DNA of 64,000 nt from an uncultured virus (IMG/VR IMGVR_UViG_3300031132_000335) (Duplodnaviria; Heunggongvirae; Uroviricota; Caudoviricetes), in IMG/VR virus record IMGVR_UViG_3300031132_000335; one strand, written 5' to 3'. Below the pieces are notes generated by a model. That model worked only from the letters and a program-made list of their open reading frames with translations, searched no databases and was not told the origin of the DNA. Positions 40,668 to 50,190 of the stretch are shown piece after piece. The first letter of the stretch is position 1; each line of letters opens with the position of its first letter. The translations under genes and the position numbers were made by a program.

Positions 40668-41258
40668 ATGACGAAACTTGTAGAGCCTTGGGAATACACG
40701 CATCCGCAAAAAGAGTGGTTCAAGCAGACTGATCTGAATGGTTGGCAGCAGCTCATGAAGTCGTTTTTTGACGATGAGCTACAAAGCACTCCTTGGCATG
40801 GTGCGCCTCTTGCAGATGAAAGTCAGGATTTGATCCCTCATCTGCATGCTCTTGTAGATACTGGATTCATCACCACGAATAGCCAACCAGGTGTGGATGA
40901 ACTATGGAAGTTGCAGCGTTACCGGCAACGTGCTTGGGTAGAAGGTTTCTGTGACTTGCAGACCGCATTCAAGCTCCTTCCGTTGAATACGATCCCCGAC
41001 ATTCAGGTGAATGTAGTGCTGAACGGTGGAGCTTCTTCACTGTCCCGACGATACGAGTTACCTGTCACACGCCACGGACTCCGCACCCTGACGTGGCATG
41101 GTGAAGACTTCGTATTCCCTGTCACTGATGGTCTCCGACGAGAAGATTTCGCCATGGGTGCTTGGCAGGAGATGTCCAAATGGTGCACCGTTTCAGTTGT
41201 TGACTTGCGCTGGGGTGAGAATCGTTTGTGGGAGCTGCTACGCAACGCGTTGAGCTGA
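40668..41258 (+). CDS. DUF6919-like protein (leaderless)
   Basis: GFITTNSQPG..RQRAWVEGF motif; TATCAT-6nt-ATG. Confidence 0.5.
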   Translation: MTKLVEPWEYTHPQKEWFKQTDLNGWQQLMKSFFDDELQSTPWHGAPLADESQDLIPHLHALVDTGFITTNSQPGVDELWKLQRYRQRAWVEGFCDLQTAFKLLPLNTIPDIQVNVVLNGGASSLSRRYELPVTRHGLRTLTWHGEDFVFPVTDGLRREDFAMGAWQEMSKWCTVSVVDLRWGENRLWELLRNALS

Positions 41259-41360
41259 GGCTATTGTTAAGCCTTGTGAAAAAAGACATGAGTTCCTAGG
41301 AGCAGGAGGAGCTGAGACCAAAGTCAAGGTCTCAGCTCCTCCTGCTCCTAGTGTGCTGGC

Positions 41361-41588
41361 TTACTGGTAAATCAGCATGTCATTGTCAATCCGACGCTGC
41401 CGAGCCTCTGCACGAGCTGCCTCCCAGGTAGCTTCATCGCTGGGGACACCGCATGCATGGGCAATGATGGTGTCGGTCTCCGCATCCAGCTCCCGAGCGG
41501 CGAAGTCCTCAAAGTTCACCATGTAGCCATCCTTCGTGGTGGCGATGTACTCCTGGTACGCCTGCTCAATAGGGTCAATCTTGTTCAT
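41361..41588 (-). CDS. hypothetical protein
   Basis: AGGAG RBS. Confidence 0.7.
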   Translation of the reverse strand: MNKIDPIEQAYQEYIATTKDGYMVNFEDFAARELDAETDTIIAHACGVPSDEATWEAARAEARQRRIDNDMLIYQ

Positions 41589-41767
41589 TGGGTCTCCTGT
41601 TCGTCTTGCATTCGTTGTTGACACTCTACGGCATGCCACTGACATTGGCCGCGCCGGCAAACCTCAACACTCTCTCAGTGAAAACCAGATGCGAAAGCTG
41701 GCGAGAAGGAGTAGTATGGTCATCATCAGGGAGGAACAGCCTCCACAATCCGAACAAGGAGTCAACA

Positions 41768-41935
41768 ATGGGTTTCATCCTCAACCGCCGCAAGAAGCTC
41801 AACAAGTACGTCACGCTCACCGCAAGCAACACGGGTCTCGGTGCGGTCTTGAAGCTCGGTCCTGTCAGCGTCAGCAGCCGTGGTCGTGTCACGGTTCACC
41901 TGGGTAAGGGCATGTCGTACCGCCTTTTCGGCTGA
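41768..41935 (+). CDS. stand-alone DUF4236-like small basic protein
   Basis: MGFILNRRKKL..GPVSVSSRGRVTVHLGKGMSYR. Confidence 0.7.
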   Translation: MGFILNRRKKLNKYVTLTASNTGLGAVLKLGPVSVSSRGRVTVHLGKGMSYRLFG

Positions 41936-42513
41936 GCGATACGCAAGGAGGAGGGTCAGAATCCAAGAGGGGTTCTGACCCTCCTCCTTTTTCATGCCCG
42001 AAAGCAGGTTCTCGTGGTGAAAGTGCCGAGGAGGCGAATGACGCTGGTCCTAGCGTTTGCTCGGGAGCTGGAAGGTCTCAAAAAGACGAAGAGCTACAAG
42101 GGTTGGGGGTTCGTGCCCCTAAGGCGTACAGAACACCCAACCCTTCACTAGAAGCTCTGGTTCAGCTCGCCGGTGAGGTCATAGAGCTTCGGCGAGAAAG
42201 AAGAAGACGTTAACGAGGAGATGCGGGTGATCGGCGAGTGATGTTCGCCGGTTGAGGAGGTCCTCCGGATGGCTGATCTGTTCAAAAAAGTGAAGAGGTG
42301 ACGACATCAGCGGCTAGTAATGGGAGTCTTTGGGGTCATTTGGGTGGCATTTGGAGGTGATGAGGCGATCGTGCGAGCTGCGAGAGGGGTCAAGCACGGC
42401 CATACAAAGGGCACCCTTTTCATCACCTCTTCCTCTACCTCCTTGATTTCATGGGGATCGGAGAGGTATTAGGTTAACAAAAGACGGATATTTTTGATTA
42501 GAGGAGGGCTCAG

Positions 42514-42561
42514 GAGCGCCGGCCAGCTCCAGCAACTGGAGCCTGGAGCTGGCCGGCGCTC
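42514..42561. repeat. perfect 19-bp inverted repeat in a non-coding island
   Basis: GAGCGCCGGCCAGCTCCAG-N10-CTGGAGCTGGCCGGCGCTC. Confidence 0.9.
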
Positions 42562-42822
42562 GAGGAACTCTCCGCCGGCGACGGAATGAATGAGGGGCTC
42601 TTCACGTTACAGATGTCGGGAGTAATGAAAAAAGACATGAGCTATCTGCGTGAAGAAGCTGGTAGGAATACTTCTTGGGCTCATTAGCCCTTCGCTTCGT
42701 TTTTAGGGCCGCTACGATTTTATAGGGTAGACTAATTGGGTTTCCTCCTCATGGTCATCCCGAGCCTTACGGAGAAAGCGTGCAAGACATTACGTACGAA
42801 CGCTGGATTGAAGGAGATAAAC

Positions 42823-43116
42823 ATGAATATTGATATGCAATTACCAACACCATTACTTCTGGTCAATCTGACAGGAACAGCTGAGGAGGATGTGGAAGCA
42901 AAACTCTTACCATCCACATCCATCGGAATGAAGCACCAGTGGTGTTCTAACGGGCAAGAACGTGACGTGGCAGTGCAAGTCGTCTCTGATGATGCAGCAC
43001 GGTTACAGGAGCAGGCAGAAGTGTTCTGGGATGCAGGAATCCCAGCGCGAGTCTGCACCACTCCACGCGATGAATTGGGTATGGTGACAGGCATCCTGAA
43101 CCTGGTCACTCACTAA
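42823..43116 (+). CDS. hypothetical protein
   Basis: AAGGAG RBS. Confidence 0.65.
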   Translation: MNIDMQLPTPLLLVNLTGTAEEDVEAKLLPSTSIGMKHQWCSNGQERDVAVQVVSDDAARLQEQAEVFWDAGIPARVCTTPRDELGMVTGILNLVTH

Positions 43117-43365
43117 CCCGAAAAGCAGGAAACAAAAAGAGGAGGAGCTGAGACCAATCAAGGTCTCAGCTCCTCCTCTTTTTCAATACGGGCAAACCAT
43201 TTCGTGAGCTGCTCCGAATAAGAGATGGAAGGAAACTTCCGCAGCTGGGGTAGCTAATAGGGTCGTAGGGTGTGAATAATCCTCTTTCACTCACATCCTC
43301 CCCAACATGAGAACACGAAAGGCCAGGAAACCCGATTCCTGGCCTTTCGTGTATCTGGGAGCTTG

Positions 43366-43737
43366 TTAGCTGAGGTAGCTGATGACATCCATGTAGACCC
43401 CAGCAGAGTGAAGGTTCCCGCTGACTCGGGTGAGACGGATGAGTTCGGCGTTGAAGTAACGAGCCACGCTCTCCGCTTCCTGCTTGCGTCCTGCGTCAGT
43501 GAACTCAGGGTTCTGGATGACCTGCTCCATGTAGAGCAGCTTTTCCTGGATGTCGTAGGCAGCAGCGGCGCGACCGTTGCTGACAGCGAAGTCTCGCAGG
43601 AACGTCTCAGACAGAGCAGCCCCAGTGGTGAGAACGATGCGGGCAGCCAGCTCAGCATCGTTCTTGTTCTGCTGGATGCAACGAGCGACATGGGCCTTCA
43701 CGGTCGGAAGGGTGTTCTCAGAGAAGTTCAGGTTCAT
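43366..43737 (-). CDS. hypothetical protein (leaderless)
   Basis: TACGAT-6nt-ATG. Confidence 0.7.
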   Translation of the reverse strand: MNLNFSENTLPTVKAHVARCIQQNKNDAELAARIVLTTGAALSETFLRDFAVSNGRAAAAYDIQEKLLYMEQVIQNPEFTDAGRKQEAESVARYFNAELIRLTRVSGNLHSAGVYMDVISYLS

Positions 43738-43868
43738 GATCTGATCGTACCATGATGGAGGTGCGCCTGCAAGAGCTTCCAATTCTTTTCTTCTGGCATG
43801 TCTGAGCTGATGAAGAAAGACATGATATGATACGAGAATCGTAACCAGATGAAGGAAAGGTGTCAGTC

Positions 43869-44228
43869 ATGCGCCCCGTTGAACGAGTCATTGAAGAAGC
43901 CCTGAGGGACTGGACTAAACGAACTGAATTAGGTGAACCTGGGTTTTCCTTATCGTTCTTCATCGCTACTGCTCTACGTAGAGCAGGTCTGATTGATGTA
44001 CGAGCTGAGCTGGAAGGAACCATCATTCCTGAGGAATACTTCAAGCCAGGTGGATTGACATTGGTGGCGGACCAGGATGTTGTGGGCAAGCCTGCTCCAA
44101 AGCCTGGCCCTCCTGGAAAGCAGAACCAGACAAAGCCTACTCTGTCCGCTGTTCCTACTCCGAAGCCTCGTCCGAAGCCAGGCCCGACTCCTGCCCCTCG
44201 TCCGAAGCCTCAGCCTCCCAAGAAATAG
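43869..44228 (+). CDS. protein with Pro/Lys-rich C-terminus
   Basis: PKPRPKP repeats. Confidence 0.65.
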   Translation: MRPVERVIEEALRDWTKRTELGEPGFSLSFFIATALRRAGLIDVRAELEGTIIPEEYFKPGGLTLVADQDVVGKPAPKPGPPGKQNQTKPTLSAVPTPKPRPKPGPTPAPRPKPQPPKK

Positions 44229-44300
44229 CTCATGAAAAAGAGACGGACCCTACACCAGCTCAGGTGTTGGGTCCGTCTCTTTTTGACTTAGTAAGCAGGT

Positions 44301-44579
44301 TCAGGCGTGAGCGAAGACGGGACGGTCGTAGACAACGCCGTCCAGGATGCAGTAGCCACCCTCCCAGTGGAAGAAGGACTTGTGACCGTTGACTCCGTAG
44401 TCGTTGAAGTCTCCGATGTTCAGCTCCACGTCCTCCGTGACGGGAACGAGACCCTCCACCATGTAGTCGTCCTCGGTTGCATCCTGCGGACGGATGTTCC
44501 AGAGGGTCTTCACCTGGTCGCCGTCACGGTAGATGTTGTAGAAGCCGCTGCCGTCTTGGTTCTGACCGATGAGTTCCAT
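44301..44579 (-). CDS. hypothetical protein
   Basis: Class II promoter; AAGGAG. Confidence 0.75.
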   Translation of the reverse strand: MELIGQNQDGSGFYNIYRDGDQVKTLWNIRPQDATEDDYMVEGLVPVTEDVELNIGDFNDYGVNGHKSFFHWEGGYCILDGVVYDRPVFAHA

Positions 44580-44676
44580 GAGATGTTCTCCTTGAAGAAT
44601 GGAAGGTTTTTCTTGTTGGTATCACTGTACCACGATCAAGCTGGAAGGTGTCAAGCCCTGCCAGCTTTTTGTCAGC

Positions 44677-45003
44677 TTAGGCGAACAGCCGAGCGAACTT
44701 CTGGTTCGCCTCGTTCAGCTGCTCCTGCGTGACGCTGGTCCAGCCGTGCTTAGTGACGTGCGCCTCGTAGACCTCGCCCGTGAACAGGCTCCTGTTCGCC
44801 CAGAAGCGCACGCCACGGTCGGTCCACTCAAAAGAGCCACCGCTGTACGAATCCTCGTTCGTGAGGTGGTGCTTGAACCCGTAGTCGTCCGTGAGGCCAA
44901 CCGTCTCCACGATGCTCAGCACCTGCTCTGCCAGCTCATCAGTGAGCGGCGGCTGAGGAGCGGGAGCGGTGGTCTGCTGCTTCTTGGCGAAAAGGCTGAG
45001 CAT
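44677..45003 (-). CDS. hypothetical protein
   Basis: Cassette leader; MLSLFAKKQ. Confidence 0.8.
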   Translation of the reverse strand: MLSLFAKKQQTTAPAPQPPLTDELAEQVLSIVETVGLTDDYGFKHHLTNEDSYSGGSFEWTDRGVRFWANRSLFTGEVYEAHVTKHGWTSVTQEQLNEANQKFARLFA

Positions 45004-45162
45004 GATGTTCTCCTTGAAACTTTCGGGAGGCTGTTCCTCCCTGATGACTCAACTCTACACGATCTGAGCTGCGGCGCAACCTCAGGTTGGGAACTCTCAG
45101 AAAACAGGACTGGCCTGCATACTTAGAGCAAGCATGCAGGCCAGGGGAAAGGACGTGGGAAG

Positions 45163-45390
45163 TTAGGAGCGAACCTTCTTGGTCGGCTGCTCACCCCAAA
45201 CAAGGACCTCACCGCGGATTTCCTTGTCAAAGCATGCGCCTTCCCAACCAGTTGCGATGAACCACCCTCCATCATGCTTCTGCACCACAACACGGCGCGG
45301 CTCAGCGGTGTTTCCGTTCGTGAAGAGGAAGACGACAGTCCCCACGGGAGCCTTCTGAGCTTCCTTGTCGGAGTTGATGGTGCGAGCCAT
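45163..45390 (-). CDS. hypothetical protein
   Basis: AAGGA RBS. Confidence 0.7.
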   Translation of the reverse strand: MARTINSDKEAQKAPVGTVVFLFTNGNTAEPRRVVVQKHDGGWFIATGWEGACFDKEIRGEVLVWGEQPTKKVRS

Positions 45391-45480
45391 GATGCAGTCC
45401 TTTGTGTTGGAGTGTCCAAGAGCGCTTGTGCGCCTGATCTGACCCTACCGTAGCTGATAGAGTCACGCAACCCGTGCGGG

Positions 45481-45735
45481 TTAGCGTGCGTCCGAACCGT
45501 AGTCGTAGGTGCGGGAGTACCCGTTGGGGCCGTAGGACTCCTCGTAGTGGTAGCTGACGTTCGGGTGGATGACACCCGCGAACGTGAGGATGATGAAGAC
45601 GGCCACGGCAAGGATGAATGCAGCGACGAAGCAGAACATGACCCTGAACATGAGCGGTGCAGAAGTGAAGGCGTTCGGACGGGTGAGGTTGCCACGACGA
45701 ACAGTGCCGTACTGGTTGCGAGTGGGGAAGTTCAT
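45481..45735 (-). CDS. membrane protein
   Basis: One TM helix. Confidence 0.7.
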   Translation of the reverse strand: MNFPTRNQYGTVRRGNLTRPNAFTSAPLMFRVMFCFVAAFILAVAVFIILTFAGVIHPNVSYHYEESYGPNGYSRTYDYGSDAR

Positions 45736-45935
45736 GGTCTCTCCTTCATCTGTCAGGGCTTCCGTGCTGCCCTGTTGTGTACAGCGTAGCACCTTCCAGT
45801 CGCACCGTGTCAACTGATCCGCAAGATTTTTCCTGAGAGTTTTCGTCTTTCTGAGACGAAGGTGTCAGAGCTTCTAACTCAGTCTGAGGTTCCCTGACCC
45901 TACATGTCTGGAAGTAGGGTCAGGGAAAAGACATC

Positions 45936-46121
45936 TTACTGCGCTTCCTTGCGGTCCAATCCGATGCGAATGAGGACCATCCCAGCAATGCCAATGACCA
46001 GACCTGCAATCGTGCTGGTCCAGCTCAGGGAATGCGGGAGGAAAGCAGTTGACCAGAAACCTGCGACGAAGACCAGTGCGCCGAGAATCATCCCGAACAC
46101 ACCCAGTGGAATCAAACGCAT
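45936..46121 (-). CDS. small membrane protein
   Basis: Two TM helices. Confidence 0.7.
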   Translation of the reverse strand: MRLIPLGVFGMILGALVFVAGFWSTAFLPHSLSWTSTIAGLVIGIAGMVLIRIGLDRKEAQ

Positions 46122-46234
46122 GAGACTCTCCTTTTCTGCTCATCAACGATGATGGTGGTTCAATCGTACCACACGTTCACCTGGCGTTTACTGAAAAATG
46201 ATCGGCTTCCCATTTTGCTTGGGAAGCTCTGAGG

Positions 46235-46495
46235 TCAGATGAGGCGACCGAGTTCCAGCGCTGCACTCATCAGTTCCTCCGCGTCCAGCATGTGCACCTG
46301 CACACCGTACCGCTCCCATACCTGGGTCACGGAGTCAGCGTTGACGATGCCAGCGACGGTGGCGAGCGTGGCAACCTGGGTACGGAGGAAGTCCAGCGCT
46401 TCGCCCTCGGGGACAGTACCTGCCAGGGAGATGACGTGGATGTTCCGAGAAGCGCTCTCAGCGAGGTAGTTCAGAGCCTCAGCAGTGGGGTTCAT
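46235..46495 (-). CDS. hypothetical protein
   Basis: AGGAG RBS. Confidence 0.7.
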   Translation of the reverse strand: MNPTAEALNYLAESASRNIHVISLAGTVPEGEALDFLRTQVATLATVAGIVNADSVTQVWERYGVQVHMLDAEELMSAALELGRLI

Positions 46496-46638
46496 CAGGT
46501 TGCTCCTGTTCGGGTAATTGGTGCGTACAGGTTCAGTCTACACAGTTGTCTTGCTGTATGCAACCAGTTCAGGCAAAAAAATAGGCCCGCAGCTGCTCTC
46601 AGCTGCGGGCCTTGCAAAAATTGAGGTCAGGGAGTGGG

Positions 46639-46728
46639 TTAGATGCCCAGTTCCTTCATGAGGTTCATGGTGTCGTCGCTGAACTCGTCAGTGCGGATGA
46701 AGCCGAAGTCGTCATCGTCATCGAACAT
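46639..46728 (-). CDS. 29-aa acidic micropeptide, copy 2
   Basis: MFDDDDDFGFIRTDEFSDDTMNLMKELGI. Confidence 0.85.
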   Translation of the reverse strand: MFDDDDDFGFIRTDEFSDDTMNLMKELGI

Positions 46729-46975
46729 GAGGTTCTCCTTGGTAGTGAAGTTGGTCTCTTGCTTGCTGTTGAGTACAGCCTACCACGAGTCGGACAGGCC
46801 ATGTCAAGCAGTTCCAGGAAGTTTTTCCTGAGGATCAGGTGACCACTCCCTGAGTAGCCGCCGGTGGTATCTGGCTACCTCAACGGGTACAGCTGTTGGG
46901 AAAAGACAGGGAAGCTGTAACCGCAGGGGATGAAGAAACCTCAGGTGAAATACTATCCCATGGTACGCTTGAACC

Positions 46976-48286
46976 ATGAGTAATGATCTGACTATTGTTG
47001 GCTGTGCAGGCTTTCTTGGTGGTACCGAAAAAGAGTTCAGGTTTTTTGAACCGTTAGTCCGTAACAGCAATGATGAGCTATTTGTCATAGGAACGCCGAA
47101 TCCTGCAAGTCTCAGTCATTTGATTCCTGCCCGAAAAGACGGCCCTCTCCTTCTTGACATCCCTGAGTCCATTCAAGTTCCGTACAAGGTCTCCTCTCGT
47201 GATGAAGCTCAAAAAGTCATTATTGCCGGTCCCCGAATTGTGGAGCTCCTCCTCAAATACTTGTCAGATGCACCACTCACTCAAAAAGTTCAAGACTGGC
47301 CCGTGGCTACTGATGCAGGTCATCGGGCTATGGTTGGCACTATTGAAGACATCCAGATAGAACGAGGACTTGCTGTGCAGCCTGCGTTCATCCAGGCGTT
47401 GCAAGAGCTGAAATCAGGCACTATTCGTGGCGAGGCTTACGATCTGTTCTACTCCATCTACCCTAATGAGAACTTAGAGGTTGTCGGCTACCTTGGCATC
47501 TATGCGACAGCAATCAACGATAAAGAGCTATTAGAAAAGCAGCTTGTTCTCAGAGCTGAACGCTTAGGGCTGTCAAAAGAGCATTACCGCACTCTCATTT
47601 CACAGATGTCTGTGGCTTTTGACCTAAGAGGGTTGGAGCCGAGCTTCACTGTTGTCGGTTTCGTCGGAGACATAAATGACCCGTATGCAAGCATGAAGCA
47701 GAACATGCCTGTGCTGGAAGATGCATACGGCAAGAAGTTCGTTATGGGTACCCCTGACCCTGCAAGTCCGAATCACCTTCTTCCAGCTGTTCCGTACCAG
47801 CATCTTCATCTGTTTGCAGATGAGAAGTTACGTCGCCCTTTCATTCCTTCCACAGCTCCTTTATTTGAAGAAGAGCAAACAGTCGCTACGGTCAGCTACG
47901 ATTGCTATTCTCGCTTGACTGCTGACTTTTTGAATGACCCGTTGACGCAGCAGCTCATCACATGGAGCTACTTAGATGCCACCATGCGAAAAGTTGCGGT
48001 AGTGAACCGTAAGCAGTTCGTTGCTGACCGTCAAGCATTCCTGCGCCGTTTGTTCCCTGTCATGATGGCTAATTTGGATGGCGGAGAGGGTGACCTGATT
48101 CGTCTGTTCAAATCATTTGTTCCTGTTGAGACTTTGGAGTACCTCAGCTTCCTCAGCTTGTATTACCAGTCAGCAGGGTATGACTCAGAGCGCAAAGAGC
48201 GTGTTGTTACTCGTGCAAAAAGACATGGAGTAACTGAGGAGGAATTCCAAGAGCTGGTGAAGCAGACAGCTCAGGAGTACCTCTGA
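46976..48286 (+). CDS. 436-aa protein with internal domain duplication (leaderless)
   Basis: GTPNPASLSHLIPA / GTPDPASPNHLLPA; RAERLGLSKE / RAKRHGVTEE. Confidence 0.8.
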   Translation: MSNDLTIVGCAGFLGGTEKEFRFFEPLVRNSNDELFVIGTPNPASLSHLIPARKDGPLLLDIPESIQVPYKVSSRDEAQKVIIAGPRIVELLLKYLSDAPLTQKVQDWPVATDAGHRAMVGTIEDIQIERGLAVQPAFIQALQELKSGTIRGEAYDLFYSIYPNENLEVVGYLGIYATAINDKELLEKQLVLRAERLGLSKEHYRTLISQMSVAFDLRGLEPSFTVVGFVGDINDPYASMKQNMPVLEDAYGKKFVMGTPDPASPNHLLPAVPYQHLHLFADEKLRRPFIPSTAPLFEEEQTVATVSYDCYSRLTADFLNDPLTQQLITWSYLDATMRKVAVVNRKQFVADRQAFLRRLFPVMMANLDGGEGDLIRLFKSFVPVETLEYLSFLSLYYQSAGYDSERKERVVTRAKRHGVTEEEFQELVKQTAQEYL

Positions 48287-48341
48287 CGCAAAAAAGTAAG
48301 GCCCCTCACCGAAAGTGGTGAGGGGCCTTACTGATGTAGTG

Positions 48342-48653
48342 CTACTGGGCGAGGAGTGCGACATGCACGCCAGCGACATCCGTCAGACCATGCGCTACCT
48401 TGTGCTGCGCCAGTTCGTAGATGTAGCCCAGGGTGCCGTAGGTGAGAGCGTAGTCATCGCACTCAGTGCAGCGGGTGAGGAAGATACCTTCACCGATGTG
48501 AGCGGAAGCTCCGCGAGGGATGATGTCTTCGGAGAACACGGGGGTCTCCTGGTACTTCGCCTCGTTCTTCTGGAAGAACTCATCAAGGTCTCGGACGTAC
48601 TTCGCGCCGAGGATATCAGTGCCTGCGATGTTGTTACCGATGAGGTTCGTCAT
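48342..48653 (-). CDS. hypothetical protein (leaderless), CxxC..H motif
   Basis: TACACT-6nt-ATG. Confidence 0.7.
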   Translation of the reverse strand: MTNLIGNNIAGTDILGAKYVRDLDEFFQKNEAKYQETPVFSEDIIPRGASAHIGEGIFLTRCTECDDYALTYGTLGYIYELAQHKVAHGLTDVAGVHVALLAQ

Positions 48654-48691
48654 GGTTTGAGTGTAACAGCTTCTACTGACAATGGGAAGGG

Positions 48692-48838
48692 TCAGTCCTG
48701 AGGCGCGATGTACTCATAGCTGCGAGCAGGGTGAGCTTCCTGCATCAAGCGCATCTGACGCTTCGCTTCACCCTCGTTGGGGAACCTGTGCGTCCACTTG
48801 CCACCATCGCGGTAGGTCTCAATAACGGTGAACTTCAT
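48692..48838 (-). CDS. 48-aa peptide
   Basis: MKFTVIETYRDGGKW..; AGGA RBS. Confidence 0.55.
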   Translation of the reverse strand: MKFTVIETYRDGGKWTHRFPNEGEAKRQMRLMQEAHPARSYEYIAPQD

Positions 48839-48871
48839 GATGTTTCAGTCCTGTCTTATCAGAGTCGGAGG

Positions 48872-49099
48872 TTAGAGCGTTGCCAGAGCCAGCGCAAGTG
48901 CAAGGCGAAGACGGAGGGTTTCTACCGAAGGCTCCCACTTTGCCTCATCGTAGCAAAGCATGTGGTAGATGCCACCCTCCATGTGCGCACGCACGATGGG
49001 GTAGCCCTCTTCCAGACCAGGCTCAATCCAGGCTTCTGGATTGCCGCAGTGCGAGCAGTATCCCTTTACGGTCGGGGTATTGGTCTCGGTAAGGCTCAT
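48872..49099 (-). CDS. putative Zn-binding protein (leaderless)
   Basis: CSHC..HMLC. Confidence 0.65.
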   Translation of the reverse strand: MSLTETNTPTVKGYCSHCGNPEAWIEPGLEEGYPIVRAHMEGGIYHMLCYDEAKWEPSVETLRLRLALALALATL

Positions 49100-49144
49100 A
49101 GTCTCATCGTAGCACGGTTACGCCGTATCCGCCAGGGCTTCTAC

Positions 49145-49318
49145 TCAGATTTCCATCCAAGCTTCCGTGTAACAGTTCTCATGGTACCACTTGCGAACGA
49201 AAGTATCCCAGACTTGATCCAAAACGGGGTCGTATTCCCTGTGAAGCTCCCTGCCATCATCTATCTCACACCAACTGCATACCTTTTTCTTGACAGCTGG
49301 TTTGCCCAACTTGAACAT
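49145..49318 (-). CDS. 57-aa Zn-binding paralogue of 10896
   Basis: CSWC..DPV..WYHENCY. Confidence 0.7.
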   Translation of the reverse strand: MFKLGKPAVKKKVCSWCEIDDGRELHREYDPVLDQVWDTFVRKWYHENCYTEAWMEI

Positions 49319-49439
49319 GCTGGTTCTCCTATCTTAGACAACCAGCATAGCAGTCAACGAAAAGAGGCTTACCTTCTCGCAATTTGAGCGAGAAGGTAAG
49401 CCTCTGGTGAGTCTCAGTTGGAACGGTTTGCTTTCCTGC

Positions 49440-49637
49440 TTACACGGTCGCAGTAATGCGACGCTTGACGATGAGCTTCTCAATGTGCAGAGCTGCCACC
49501 ACGAGAACCGCAGTAGTGATGATGAGGATGGTCGCAGTCTTCACCAGCGACTCATACGGGATGTAGATGGAACCGATGGCGAAAGCGAAAAAGACGAACC
49601 CCATGAGGGTCAAAATGATGTTGCTGAGGTACTTCAT
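49440..49637 (-). CDS. small membrane protein
   Basis: Two TM helices. Confidence 0.7.
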   Translation of the reverse strand: MKYLSNIILTLMGFVFFAFAIGSIYIPYESLVKTATILIITTAVLVVAALHIEKLIVKRRITATV

Positions 49638-49787
49638 GAGTGTGTCTCCTTCGTGGTTGTGATGATGTTGAGTGTAGCTGAATCTGGAACCAAGAGCAAC
49701 TGTACTCAGCCATGTCACAGCTTCTGGAAAAAGACAAGGGTTGCAACCTGTTGAGGTTACAACCCTTGTGGAGCTGGAAGTTCGTAC

Positions 49788-50078
49788 TTACTGCTTCGGC
49801 GGGAGCGTTGCCAGAATCTCTGCAATCTGGACGTACGCTGCCGTGGAGAACGTGACCTCATGACCATCCGAGGACATGGCGAGGATGCGCTGCGCGCCGA
49901 ACACAGGACGGTGCTGGTGGAAGATTTCAGCATCAGGGTCAGCCTGCTTGCTGCGGTCAGGAGTGTACTCAGCCACCACATCACGAGCGGCCTGCGCCCA
50001 GATTTCCTTCTTGATGGGGTCGGTCTCACGGTTCGCCTTGCTGTTGAAGGTCTGAATGAGGTTCATCGCTGCGTCCAT
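49788..50078 (-). CDS. hypothetical protein (leaderless)
   Basis: TACTCT-6nt-ATG. Confidence 0.7.
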   Translation of the reverse strand: MDAAMNLIQTFNSKANRETDPIKKEIWAQAARDVVAEYTPDRSKQADPDAEIFHQHRPVFGAQRILAMSSDGHEVTFSTAAYVQIAEILATLPPKQ

Positions 50079-50190
50079 AGTTCAAGAGTACACCTCTCAG
50101 GCCACCAGTGCAACTCCTCTGTCAAAAGCCTTGCTTCCATTGCGAGGATGCGATATACTACGAGCTAAACATTAGAAGGAGAGACCGACC

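Noticed and set aside
2956..45126. Recurring peptides SSGRNSLP, HQGGTAS, GRLFLP, GGCSSL, REAVPP in the ORF track as a protein domain
   Set aside because: They are translations of the non-coding leader in different frames. Real starts are the ATG/GTG after AGGAG.
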